DNA of 64,000 nucleotides from the human T2T-CHM13v2.0 reference genome, Homo sapiens: NCBI RefSeq assembly GCF_009914755.1, contig NC_060942.1; one strand, written 5' to 3'. The position numbers and the translations under genes were made by a program. Every line of letters starts with the position of its first letter. Within the stretch, counting starts at the first letter, position 1. The notes below the pieces were generated by a model. The model worked only from the letters and a program-made list of their open reading frames with translations. It was not told where the DNA came from and did not search any database. This document shows, piece by piece, positions 1-12,800 of this stretch.

Positions 1-220
1 TCCCTCTCTTCACAATCATGCGTGCATCAAAGATGAATTTTCTTTGAACACAACTTACACTTTTCATAATACGACTCTCTCCCTTTGTAGTTGAAAGGGC
101 TTATCAGGTTTCCTACTTCACACAGAATGAAACAGAGGTGTTCTTGTTTGGATTGTTCCCCAGCACTCCTGACACTAGTGTTTGGCTTCAGTTACACTCA
201 TCCAGCAGAGTCCCACAAAG

Positions 221-308
221 GAGGGTGACTAACTCATCTGGGTTTGTCTGGGACTTTACTACTTTTACTCAGTCCCAAACAAAATGGGAGAGGTGGCCAG
301 TCACCCCA
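221..308. mobile_element. hAT-Blackjack MITE (MER81-like)
   Basis: Terminal inverted repeats GGGTGACT...AGTCACCC and inner inverted TGGGACT/AGTCCCA, resembling the MER81 consensus. Confidence 0.65.
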
Positions 309-494
309 AAGACATTACACTTTCCCAAATTTCCACACATTTGACATTGCCCTTTGTGTTGCTCTATCAGGAACTGCACATCTTGCAAGGCTTAATTTAG
401 AGCCAATACCATCATCACCTGGGGTAACTGGAGCAGGTGGCACCAATGGGAGAATTATTATTGAGTTTAATAAACTGGGATCTGATGTTGAAGG

Positions 495-652
495 TTTTTA
501 AAAAGTAGTTTGAAATAAATATTAAATACAAAAAGTTTCCATACTAGTACAAAGAATATGCATACAACTTTCACCCAGGCTCACCTAGTATTAACATTTC
601 ACCACTTTGCTCTATCATTTGTGTTCCGTTTCTCACACACATATAATATTCT
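495..652 (-). mobile_element. Old L1 3' UTR fragment (L1MC-like)
   Basis: ttcacccaggctcacc...ttaacatttcaccactttgctctatc resembles the antisense L1MC4/5 3' end. Confidence 0.5.
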
Positions 653-1359
653 TTAGATGGGGAAGGTTTACAAAATTTTATCATAGCAAAGAGATATGCT
701 CAGAGGTAGGGGAAATCACTTCTAAACAGGAGGAAGTAATGGAGAAACTGGCTTTCAGTAAAGATTTGCTGGGAAGTCAAATGTTCAGAGCTCTGCTTGT
801 GGAAGATGACAACTACAAGGGTGTCCAGTGAAGTCTAGAAAGAAGGCCAGGCTGGAGACAGAGGGATCAGTCAGGAAGCTGCTCAGAGGTCCAGGCACCA
901 AGGACTTCTACTAATGGACAGAGTACTGATGGGTTTGAGCAAAAATAAAATAATATTCTTTTAGTGCCCAAGTTAGATAAGAGTGTCTCACATTTTCTTG
1001 ACTATTTGACCTAACTTAGTAAGGTGATTTAGGTCTAGGATTTTTCACATCTCTTTTATAAAATAGAGTCCTTTGATCACATCCATCTTCTCATCTTGGT
1101 TGTTTATAAATGAAATGTTAAAATGAAAGATTATGGGAAGAATTAGACTCCTGTTATTTCATGTGATGAACTCATTTCTTGGCAGAGTTACACTGGATGA
1201 GTTAAGATGTAACTGAAAATATGCTTCCCTCCTGAAACTTGGAATCTTGCTTTTAATTATCATTGAAATGTCACCAGAGATACATTTAAACAGTTTTTGA
1301 TAAGACATGGACTAACAAACCGAATCCAACTGCTACAGGGACATTTTTTAATTTCACAG

Positions 1360-1545
1360 GTGGTTGAAATATATACTGCGGCAGTATAAAGGAGAAAATG
1401 CAGCAGGAGCTACCCGTGATAGGAGTCAATACCTCTGTGAACAAGGAGAAGCACTACTATCTTGGTTGAAAACACTCTTATTCGTAACAAAACCGAAAGC
1501 TCCTGTGTCTGATCTTTTAATAGACTTTCAAGGACACATTTTCAA
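1360..1545 (+). other. Candidate internal exon (186 bp, phase 2-2, one open frame); coding status and gene unknown
   Basis: Acceptor tttttaatttcacag|G, donor CAA|gtaagt, ACTAAC branch-like motif near 1311; open frame WLKYILRQ...FQGHIF; four CpGs in a CpG-poor background; not repeat-like. Confidence 0.5.
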
Positions 1546-2089
1546 GTAAGTACCACTATATCTGGACGACAATCAACCTTTAATTTCTTTCCTTTATTGT
1601 TCCTTTAAGTGTCTTTGGATTTCTTCTTTTTTTTTTAAAGTGTCTGGTATTTTGACATTCTCACTTCTCACATGGGCTGTATTTATGTATGGTACTCATC
1701 AACAAACACATCTACAGCTTTCGGTAGATAATGTTTTGTTTGCTCCAAAAAAAGAAATTAGGGGAGCCCTTACTGAGAAAGTAATAGCAGTACTACTAAT
1801 AAATATGGGAGCTGTTTTCTTCCATTAGAAGAAACACCAGTAGCAACATATGTATTCCAATCTGTAGCACTAAGTGCACTCAATTAAAGAGAAGATGATA
1901 GCGATTTGCAGATCCCCCTGCTCCAGCCTATTTTTCAGTTGGCATGGTGGGGACTGGCTAGGGAGACCATACCCATCTTTCCAAAGCAGGAGTCGGGAAA
2001 GACTTGCTGGTAGCTTGAAGCTAGCCGTGGAAAAAGTGCATGCACTGCAGAAACTGGCAAATATTACCAACCTTTTTTCTGACAGCAGG

Positions 2090-2670
2090 TATGGGAAACC
2101 AGAATACGCTACACCCAAATGTGCCTCTTTGGCAGAAGTCTGATTGGGCTGAAGGAATTAAGAACAAGCAGAAGCAGGAAGGCTCTTTGCCCTCTCTCTA
2201 TTTGCCTAAAATTGGGATGTAAATTTACAAAGACAAAAGCTATTTCACCTCCCCTCTCTGAAAGAACAAAGGTTAACCACTGAAGAGAGTTTTTCACCCT
2301 TACGGGCCGGAAGATGGCACCAGAGGAAACTACGTTAGCAAGCTTTGCAAACCAGCCTTTCTCTGCCAGTTATTTTCCTTCCCCCACCTTGTGGCCCCTA
2401 GAGATACAAAGTCTTTTTATTTTTTATTTTTTTTGTCTTGTCACTTCTCTAAGCATTGACTGTTCTTTGTAGAAGATCCCACATAAGTTGGAATTCAAGC
2501 CACCTCTTTGAAAATTACTCATTCCCTAGGTATCTTCCATGCGTGTATTAAATAAACATATTAATAAACTTCTGTTTGTTTTTCTCTTTTTAAAGTGTCT
2601 TTTGCTATGGGGTCCATTCCAACTTAAAACTTATCAGGGTTGAGATAATAATTATTCTTCTTCCCCTACA
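2090..2670 (+). mobile_element. ERV1 solo LTR (MER34/MER39 group)
   Basis: Starts tatgggaaaccagaatacgctacacccaaatgtgcctctttggc, has AATAAA near 2564, ends ttcttcccctaca; flanks cagg/ctgg are a possible 4-bp TSD. Confidence 0.8.
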
Positions 2671-4839
2671 CTGGTTATTAAATGTTACCACCACACTAGC
2701 ACCTACAAAGGATAGTTGGGTTTTAGAAATGCTGGACCATGGACAGGTAGAATCAAGTGAAATAATAATGTGCTGCCCTTAATGAAGCTGTTGTCTGTCA
2801 ATAGTTGATAACACCGAATTCACTTCATAAGGGTAGAGAGGAAGAAAACAATGTTTGCAGGAGATTGTGAACAAGGAAGGAACACATTTCAGATAAGGGT
2901 AATCATAGCTGGGCTCCTTAAAATGGCAATTATAAACATGTCCCTATTATTTCAAAGGTAGGCCAATGACTGATGGTTACAGAAACATGAGCTACCAAAA
3001 CAGACCATCAGAAACCAAAAGAAAAAATATGTGAACAAAACAGCTTTTTAGGAAGAAAATACATTAAATCAAATTCTTGGCATTTTGAATATGCAAGAAA
3101 ATTAAATATACAAGTCATACTGAAAACTGTCAGTCCTTTTTGTGCATAGCTTGATGACTACCAGGCAAACCATTTTCCCTAATTGAGATTTAAGAAAAAT
3201 AGACAAGTTTAACTCTAGTGCAAAATAAAATGACTTAACTGACAATGTGAGAGGCTAACTGAAGAAATAAGAAATATTTAGAAAGAAGAGAGATATACCA
3301 GGATTTCATAGATTACATGAGAAGAAGCAGACTAAAGGGAACATTTCATTGTATATTATTTCTCTATATATATGTCTATCAAAAGTAGGCATTTCAAAAA
3401 ATCAAAAAATTATTTGAAGGTACAAGCCACTTTATTGACAAAATTACCTTTTGCACTATAATTTAACTTTCTTAAACTTTTGACCTTGTTTCTTGACCTT
3501 TGTACATTTTCCTTTTCTTTTTTAAATTATGTGGCTCCTTTGAGTCATCCATTTCCTCTTTCCTCTGGAAAGGGAAGAGTCATGGATTCCAACCTTTCTG
3601 CTAGAAGCTACGAAGAATTAATTGCCATGTAGGTTTCCTTGGAAGACGTCAGATAATCTTTACCTGGGTTTCATGCACAATCATTTCTTTAACAAGACTG
3701 AGCATTAGTCATACCTATAAATTAATTCTCCTTCTTGGTCTAAAACTAACATCTGAAAATACTGTACTTTTCCTTCACATCAAATATGGCCTAAGTAGCC
3801 TTTTCATTTTATTTTTCCAGAAAGCTTTCCCGGTAAAAAGACAGACCCGAGGGTATTTTCTCATCTTGTTGCAGAGAGTGATGGTACAGAATGTGCATAA
3901 TGCCCACGCAGGAAAGTTAATAATATTCTACAAGCAGTCTATTTTTAGATTAATAGAGCCAGTTTACGCAAAGCAAATCTGTACTGCAGAAAGAAGAGCG
4001 TTAAATATTTGAAAAAATTCTGGATAAACTTTAAGAAAAAAGGAAACATTTTCTTTTCCTACATTGGGTCTAACATAATTAAATGAATTCAAAGGCTTAG
4101 CCACTTTTGCAAAGGCTTAATTGCTTGTATTGATCGTGACCTAAATTTGCTTCTGCACAGTTTATAGAGCTACATTTGGCACTGGAACCAAAACCCCTTG
4201 GGACGAAAAGCCATAGCCATCCTGACATTACCAAATGGTAGAATAATTATTTACATTTATTAACATGGAGATAAAGATCATTTTGTTGGTTGACCAGATA
4301 ACTAGGTCTTTCCTGGCTAATGCTGCATTAAAATACATAGTCTCAACAGTCAAGAATTCTCCTAGTGGGCTTTGGTAGACCATAATTTTAGTTAACTCAG
4401 AGAAGAAAAATCCCTCAGTGTAAACACTGGGTCATTATTTTAAATCTATTCAATAAATCGGTATCGTACATAACCCTCACAGACATGCCGATTTCGTTCA
4501 ATGGTATTTCTAATCACCGATAAGCCTATATAGAGAGTAAACACACTACCCAGGATCCTACTACTTGGATAAAAAGCCAACATCACCCTGCCTTTCCTTC
4601 TTTTAAGATAAAAGGGAAATCAATGAGTTTTTATTTTTATTTTTTAGGAGTGCAATCTACTTATTTTGCCATACTAAACTAAAGTTCTGGGATCCCCTGA
4701 TACTTGTGCAAGTTACCGCATACACATCTCTGATGGATGAAGGAATGTTTCTTCCATTCTAAGCACCCTGCAAAAGCCATTTATATTCTGAGGCCTGAAC
4801 TATATGCACCTAGTGTCCTGCACTGTCACTCAGAGATTC

Positions 4840-5082
4840 TTTCTCTTCTTCCAACTACTCCCTGACTCCTTTGATGTTCTATGAACACTTTAATACGTTA
4901 GAGATCACTTAATGCAGTTGATTTTAATGATCTGCACACATCCCTGTCTTCCCACTAGACTGGATACTTTCCTAGTTATCTTTTCCTCATTCATCTTTTT
5001 ATTCCCAGGGCCCTCGACAGTGTCTGTTAAATACTATTTACCTTAATATTTAGTAAATTTGCAAAAGGTGTGAGTGAATGCT
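4840..5082 (+). mobile_element. L2 3' fragment
   Basis: tcttcccactagactg...attcccagggccc...acagtgtctg with a degenerate TGAA-type tail. Confidence 0.55.
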
Positions 5083-5191
5083 CCTTTTTTCTAATATTTT
5101 ATTTTTAAAATTAGCTTTAATATTAAATACAATAAGACAAGAATAAAATTTGGTTTCTATTTTAAACAAGATTTTCATGAAGTATTTGAGG

Positions 5192-7288
5192 TTTTTTTTT
5201 TTAACTTTTATTTCAGGTTCAGGGGTCCACGTGCAGGTTTCTTACGTAGGTAAACTTGCGTCATGGGGGTTTGTTGTACAGATTATTTCACCACCCAGGT
5301 ACCCAATAGTTATTTTTTCTGATCCTCTCTCTCCTCCAACCCTCGACTCCCAAGTAGGCCCCAGTGTCTTTCATTCGCCTCTGTATTTATCCATGTGTTT
5401 TCATCGTTTAGCTCCCACTTACAAGTGAGAACATGAGGTATTTCATTTTCTGATCCTGTGTTAGTTTGCTAATGGCCTTTGGCTCCATCCATGTTCCTGT
5501 AAAGGACTTGATTTCTTTCTTTTTTATAGCTGCATAGTATTCCATGGTGTACATGTACCACATTTTGGACATTTGATGGACATTTAGGTTGATTTCATTT
5601 AGGTTGAATGCCATTGAGGGACATTTAGGTTGATTTCATGTCTTTGCAATTGTGAATAGTGCTGCAATGAACGTTTGCATGCGTGGGTCTTTATGGTAGA
5701 ACGATTTGTATTCCATTGGGTATACACTAGCAATGGGATTGCTGGAACAAATGGTAGTTCTGTTTTTAGCTCTTTAAGGAATCATCACACTGCTTTTCAC
5801 AATGATTGAACTAGTTTACACTCCCAGCAACAGTGTATTAGCATTCCCTTTTCTCTGCAACCTCGCCAGCATTTGTTTTTTGACTTTTTAATAATAGCCA
5901 TTCTGACCAGTGTGAGATAGTATCTCTTTATGGTTTTGATTTGCATTTCTTTAATGATCAGTGATATTGAGTTTTTTTCATCTGCTTATTGGCCTCATGT
6001 ATGTCCTCTTTTGAAAAGTGTCTGTTCCTGTCACTTGCCCACTTTTTAATGGTGGTGTTTTTTCTTGTAAATTTGTTTAAGTTCCGTATAGATGCTGGAT
6101 TTTAGACCTTTTTCGGATGCATAGTTTCCAAATATTTTCTCCCATTCTGTAGGTTGTCTGTTTACTCTTTTGACAGTTTCTTTTGCAGTGCAGAAGCTGT
6201 TAAGTTTAATTAGATCTCATTTGTCAACTTCTGCTTTTGTTGAGATTGCTTTTAGCATCTTTGTCATCAATCTCTGCTAGTTCCTATATCCAGAATGGTA
6301 TTGCTAGGTTGTCTTCCATGGTTTTTATAGTTTTGGCTTTTACCTTTAAGTCTTTAACCTGTCTTTCATTGATTTTTGTACATGGTGTGAGGAAGGGGTC
6401 AATATTCAATCTTCTGCATATGGCTAACCAGTTATCCCAACGCCATTTGTTAAATAAGTAATCTTTTCCCCATTGTTTGTTTTTATCATCTTTGTCAAAG
6501 ATCAGATGGTTATAGATGTGTGGTCTTATTTCTGGGCTGTCTATTCTATTCCATTGGTCTATGTGTCTTTTTTTGTACCAGTACCATACTGTTTTGGTTA
6601 CTGTAGCCCTGTGTACCATTTGAAGTCAGGTAATGTGATGCTTCCAGCTTTGTTCTTTTTGCTTAGGATTGCCTTGGCTACTCAGGGTCTTTTTTGGTCA
6701 ACATGGATTTTAAAATAGTTTCTGTGAAGAATGTCATTGGTAGTTTAATAGGAATAGTATTGAATCTGTAAATTGCTTTGGTCAGTATGGCCATTTTAAT
6801 GATATTGATTCTTCCTATCCACAAGCATGGGATGTTTTTCCATTTGTTTGTGTCTTCTGATTTCTTTCACCAGTGTCTTGTATTTCTCATTGTATCACTC
6901 ACACCTCGCTGATTAGCTAGGTATTGTCTTTCTTTGGTGGCAATTGTAAATGAGATTGTGTTCCTGATTTGGCTCTTGGCTTGACTGTTGTTGGTATATA
7001 AAATGTTAGTGATTTTTGTACGTTGATTTTGTATCCTGAAACTTTGCTGAAATTGTTTATCAGCTTAAAGAGCTTTTGGGTCAAAAGTATGAAGTTTTCT
7101 ACATATAGAACCATGTCATCGGCAAACAGAGATAGTTTGGCTTCTTCTCTTCCTATCTGGATGCCCTTTATTTCTCTTGTCTGATTGATCTGGCCAGGAC
7201 TTCCAATACTATGTTGAATAGGAGTGGTGAGACAGAGCATCCTTGTCTTGTGCCAGTTTTCAAGAAGAATGCTTCCAGCTTTTGCCCA
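5192..7288 (-). mobile_element. 5'-truncated L1PA (about L1PA11-15) with ORF2 C-terminal remnants
   Basis: Poly-T at 5192, L1PA 3' UTR, ORF2 peptides KLSLFADDM and [15 protein letters not shown] in minus ORFs 6917-7240 and 6284-6619; frameshifted. Confidence 0.95.
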
Positions 7289-7644
7289 GTGAACGCTCCT
7301 TTAAACGTTCCAAGATATTGATCCCCCAAAATTTGTATTTAAAGTGTTAATTTTCTCTTTGAAGTGTCTTAATATTTTATACATAGATTTTAAGTACTGA
7401 AATATTAAGAACTAAAACATTTTCTACAGAAACTTGCCTTTTCAATTCTTAGTACATTAATATTGTGTGTATAAATGCAAATTTATAAATTCAGTTAGAT
7501 GAAAAGCAGAGTATGATTAGTATCATCCATTTTCTGTATTGTTGCTGTGAGATCTGGGCTATTTCTATGCAAAGTTATCTTATTGAAAATTTGACTAAAG
7601 AAAGTAATGTGGGTTGTTAAATAATATTTTAAATTAAATTGTCA

Positions 7645-7950
7645 GCTGGGCGTGGTGGCTCATGCCTGTAATCTCAGCAATTTGGGAGGCTGAGGTAGGT
7701 GGATCGCCTGAGGTCAGGAGTTTGAGATCAGCCTGGTCAAATGGTGAAACTCTGTCTCTATTAAAAATACAAAAATTAGCCAGGTGTGGTGGTGTGCACC
7801 TGTAATCCCAGCTATTTGGAAGTCTGAGGCACGAGAATTACTTGAACCCTGGGAGGTAGAGGTTGCAATGAGCAGAGATCGTGCCACTGCACTCCAGCCT
7901 AGGAGACAGAGTGAGACCCTGTCTCAAAACAAAAACAAAAACAAAACAAA
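7645..7950 (+). mobile_element. AluS
   Basis: Dimeric Alu with (CAAAAA)n tail; TSD attaaattgtca at 7633-7644 and 7954-7965. Confidence 0.97.
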
Positions 7951-8230
7951 CCCATTAAATTGTCAATTTAATTTTATTGTTTTAAGAAAAAATTCTATAA
8001 CAAATTTAAATCAAAAGGACATTGGCATCTGATTATCTTTCCCTCCTTGTTTTTGGTGATAAAATTTCAAAAATTTATGTTACCAATTTTTGTATTTCCG
8101 TGCTCTAATTGGTTTCATCTTAAAACTCTGTCATTACTTTTCTTTTATCTCTATTTATTTGATAATTCAGTCGTTCTAGAATCCACTCATTTATTCAATT
8201 TCAAATATTTACTGAAAATATGTTAGGCAA

Positions 8231-8737
8231 TATTATTTTTTAAAATTTATTTTAAGTTCCGGGATACATGTGCAGAATGTGCAGGTTTGTTATATAGGTA
8301 TACGTTGTGCCATGGTGGCTTGCTGCACCTATCAACCCGTCATCTTAAGCCTTGCATGCATTAGGTATTTGTCCTAATCCTCTCCCTCCCCTTGCCCCTC
8401 ACACCCCGACAAGGCCCAGTGTGTGTTGTTTCCCTCTCTGTGTCTATGTGTTCTCATTGTTCAACTTCCACTTATGAGTGAGAACATGTAGTGTTTGGTT
8501 TTCTGTTCCTGTGTTAGCTTGCTGAGGGTGATGGTTTCCAGCTTCATCCATGTCCCCGCAAAGGACACGAACTCATTCTTTCTTAAGGCTGCATAGTATT
8601 CCATGGTGTAGGTGCGCCACATTTCCTTTATCCAGCCAGTCATTGACGGGCATTTGGATTGGTTCCAAGTCTTTGCCATTGTAGATAGTGCTGCAATAAA
8701 CATACGTGTGCATGTGTCTTTATAGTAGAATGGTTTA
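8231..8737 (-). mobile_element. L1PA 3' end (about L1PA8-10)
   Basis: Antisense 3' UTR and ORF2 C-terminus KDTCTRMFIAAL...MFSLISGS (ORF 8461-8742). Confidence 0.93.
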
Positions 8738-9369
8738 CTCATTCATATAAGCTATTTCATATTCTCTTTGCAACATGCAAAGCGTCACATAAAGTCATTG
8801 ACAGATTAAATTAAATCAAATAAATTTACCCAGAAGACCTTTTACTCACTGGATTTCTTTACTGGAGATATTTTTGAATGATGTTGTCATCAATGTTTTA
8901 TTATTTTATATTTAATCATATTCAAAGTTCATCTGTCTCACTGTAAAAACTCTTAAAAATGATAATTACTTTTTTATGTTCTTTTCTGATTTGTACGATA
9001 ATGAATGCTGTAAACATCTAAGAATACCATCAGAAATAAGAATTTCAATTTTGATGAACATCATCTCCATAAAATGAATGCTTTATAACTAGGGCCTGCT
9101 TGTTACCAATGAGTATGTATTATACATATAAAGATAATGGAATAATATTTTTTCTTGGTAATTTCCAATTGTTGTTGATGTGATTTTTATTTTTATTTCA
9201 TTAGGTCCTTCCCAGATGTTGCAACTTTTTATTTTCTTTCTGTTTTGATTACTGGAGACTATTATATAAGAACAGTTGTAGCTTAAAAGTATAAGTCTTA
9301 ATAAAACTATATCATATTTGGGTTTAGAAATTTTAACTTGCACAACCAACAGGTCATCTAAGAAGTGAG

Positions 9370-10637
9370 CATTGAAACTACAAAGCTCTGATGAGAAAAA
9401 TCAAAGAAGGTCTAAATAAACTGAAGACATATTAAGAGGGACTCAACATTCTTAAGATGCCAGTTTCCCCAGCTCAATCAACAGATTCAATGCAATCCCA
9501 ATCAAAATCCTAGAAAATTACTATACAGATATAAACAACCAATTCCTAAGTTTATATGGAAAGACAAAAGAACCAGAACGGTCAACAAAATATTAAAGAA
9601 GAAGGAAGTCAGAGGACTGACACTATCCGACTAAAAACGTACTGTGAAACTACAATGATTAAGACAGTACAGTATTCATGAATGAATACACAATACATCA
9701 ATAGAACAGAATAGAGAGCCCAGAAACTTACCCACACAAATACAATCAACTGATTTTTGACAAGGAAGCAAAGGCAATTCAATGGAGAAAAGATAGACTG
9801 GACCTCCACATGGAAAAAATGAATCTAGACACAGACCTTAGAAGCAACAGGCGCTCCCATACATTGTTGATGGGAATATAAAATGGTACAGTCACTTTAG
9901 AAGACAGCCTAGCAGTTTTATGCAAACCTTATCAAAGGCTTGTGATAAGATACAGCAATCATACTCCTAGGTATTTACTCAAGTGAGTTACAAGCTTATG
10001 TCCACACAAAAACCTGCACACGAAAGCTACAAGCAACCAAGATATCCTTTAATAGATGAAGGAATAAACAAACTGTGATATATTCATGCAAGGAGATATT
10101 ATTCAGTAATGTGAAAAAAAGAGCTATCAAGCTACTAAAAGACATGGAGGAAGTTGAAATACATATTGTGAAGTGGAAGAAGGAAGTCTTAATAAGCTAC
10201 ATGGTATATAATTTCAACTATATGATGTTCTGGAAAAGGCAAAACTATAGATACAATGAATTGATCAGTGGTTGCCAGGGGTTCAGAAGGTTCAGGGGAA
10301 AGGATAAATGGTTGAAGTACAAGAAAACTTTAGGGCATTGAAACTTTGAAACTATTCTGTATGATAATACGATGGTAGATGCATGACATTATACACTCGT
10401 CAAAATCCACAGGGTATAGAACACAAAGAGAACTCTAATGTAACTATGAACTTTAGTGAATATTTATGTATTAATATTAGCTCATCAATTGTAACAAACG
10501 TACCTTACTAATGCAAGATACTAATAATGGGAGAAATTGTGTGCAGAAAGGAAGGGATTATATGGGAACTTTGTACTTTCTATACAACTTTTCTGTAAAT
10601 CTAAAACTTCTCTAAAAACAAAGTCTATTTTTAAAAG
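9370..10637 (+). mobile_element. L1MC1/2-like fragment (ORF2 3' part and 3' UTR)
   Basis: acagattcaatgcaatcccaatcaaaatcc; ttatgtccacacaaaaacctgcacac; ttctggaaaaggcaaaactatag. Confidence 0.88.
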
Positions 10638-11359
10638 TATATAGTTTTGCTTGCTTAACCCGTTATGATTTTCCAATGAGTTCTTGTGTCTAGGTTTGGA
10701 GCTATGAATAAATGGCAGTCAGTTTTCTGTCCACATAAGTTCCAAGGACTATAATATAGTTTTTTTCTCTTTAAAATACAAGTAAAGTTTTAAATATTTT
10801 TCCAGAAATACAACTCAGTTACTCTTCAAGTTTGAAAAGTTATTTTCATTTTGAAATATTTCCAAGTATAATAATCTTATGTGAAATACATTAAATAAGA
10901 AACTCATGGCTTAAAGGAGTCTTTTCATTAATCCCTTAATTTAGAAAGAGAAAGTATCTAGAAAGACTTCACTTCACATAAACCCTCTTACCAAAAGTTG
11001 CAAAAATTTTTTTCGTTCATGGACGTATACCTGAAATTGATTTTTTTCCTTTAAACAATCATTTTGCTACATCTAGCACATCAAGATATGTTTGCCATAA
11101 CGACAGATGAAAATGACATTTTTCTCTTCAGGTTTACATTGATTTTGTTTCTACACATTTCACAACTGCATCATGAATTTTTTGATTACTCTATAAGTAT
11201 AAGCATATTTCTAAATGTTCCTTTAACCTAGTAATTCATACCAAAGACTTCTTTATATACATTTTCCTTTACATAGAGCCTAAATACTAAATGATGAAAA
11301 CCACAGATATGCTATTAATTAGAAGTCTGCCAGTCCTCTATAGTACTTCCATAAGATTT

Positions 11360-11900
11360 AATTATAACTCAAAAATATATCTACTCTTTCCATTCGCAAT
11401 ACATTATCCAAGCTGTGACTATCTCTTTCATGGGCAACTGTAATTCCCTCCTAACTGTTCTGTTTTCATTTTTTCTCCTTTCTAGTCCATTCTCTCCAGA
11501 GTGGCCATAGTGATCTCACCTAAGCACAATCTGATCCATCACATTTGTGTCAAAATCCTCCGAAGGCTCTAAGCATACAGTTTACTCTTTTCTCCCCTCC
11601 TCTGTGGCTAATTGTCCCCCATTCTTCAGGATTCAGCTTCAATGTAACTCCTTAGGGAGGCACATTCTAAGCCTCTGTAGTGTAGGTCAGGACACCTCTT
11701 GCAGTCTCAGGATGCGGTGCATCCTCTAGAGCACTTGTCCAACTGCAATGACTCAGTGATTTGTGTAATTACACATTTGCTGTTCATTTCTTCTAATGGA
11801 ATGAGAGTTCCATGGGTGCACACAATGTATATCTGTCCTCCAAACCTACCACAGGGCCCACCACATATATGCCCAATAATTATTTCTTAAATAACTAAAC
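11360..11900 (+). mobile_element. L2 fragment
   Basis: tccattctctccagagtggcc...gatct; ttcaggattcagcttcaatgtaactccttagggaggc. Confidence 0.6.
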
Positions 11901-12559
11901 TAACACCAAGAGAACCCTGAAGCAACACTAGGACTCATAGTAAAGATATGACAAAGGGGAAGGTGTATTCAAATTTAGATAATATAATTAACATAATGAA
12001 GAAATGACTTCATCAATATAGTTGGTGTGGCACATCCTTTTTCTCCTGATCATAAAAAACGCCCTTATTTATAACATTTCTCAAGGGTAAGGGAGGAGAG
12101 TCCTATTTCTCATGATACCTCTCCTTTTATCCTCAGAAAAGCATTTAAATAAAAAACACAAAACCATTGTCTGAATTTCTGTTCTGCTTTAAAGTGCCTG
12201 ATGAGCCAATTGAGTAAAAGAAAGTAGAATGGCTTATGATAGAACAATGATGGCTTGTCAATGCACACCTTTCAAAGAAAGAATGAGACTATCATAAGCA
12301 TGTCATTTGATAACGACTGCAACTCATCCTTCCTCCCCAAGCAGCCAGCACTTAGAAATAGTAATACAATAAATTTAATTTAACCCTAAAAGCAAAGCTA
12401 TTATTGGAACGTACTTATCCTGTAACCCCAACTAACTTGAAGTTCCCCTCTACCCTGCTCCGAAAGGTATGCCGCCAAACACAATTTTATCAGCCTTTGT
12501 AAATGTAACCTCTTTTGATCTTTCCTATTTCTATGACAGTATAACAATATTATGTGCCC

Positions 12560-12800
12560 CTGAGAGGGATTAACATTAAAGTCAAGAAGAAGCAGCCAAG
12601 TGAAGATCTAGAGGAAGCAAATTCCAGGCAAATAAAAGAATAAATGTTCCCTAAGGTAGGGCAATGGAACCAAATGAGGCCAATGTGGATCTGCAGACTA
12701 GAGGTGAGGTTAGAGCTGTAAGGAGATGCCAAATCATGAGCTTTGTAGGCTCGGGGGGAATTTAGGATATGTTCTGGATACAGGGTTGACAGAAGTTGTT
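12560..12800 (-). mobile_element. L2 fragment
   Basis: Purine-rich antisense L2-like sequence (gaggccaatgtgg...gaggtgagg...ctttgtaggc). Confidence 0.5.

Noticed and set aside
8185-8746. actcatttat/actcattcat as the TSD of a second transduction
   Set aside because: Only 9/10 identity in low-complexity L2-tail-like sequence and no endonuclease-type site
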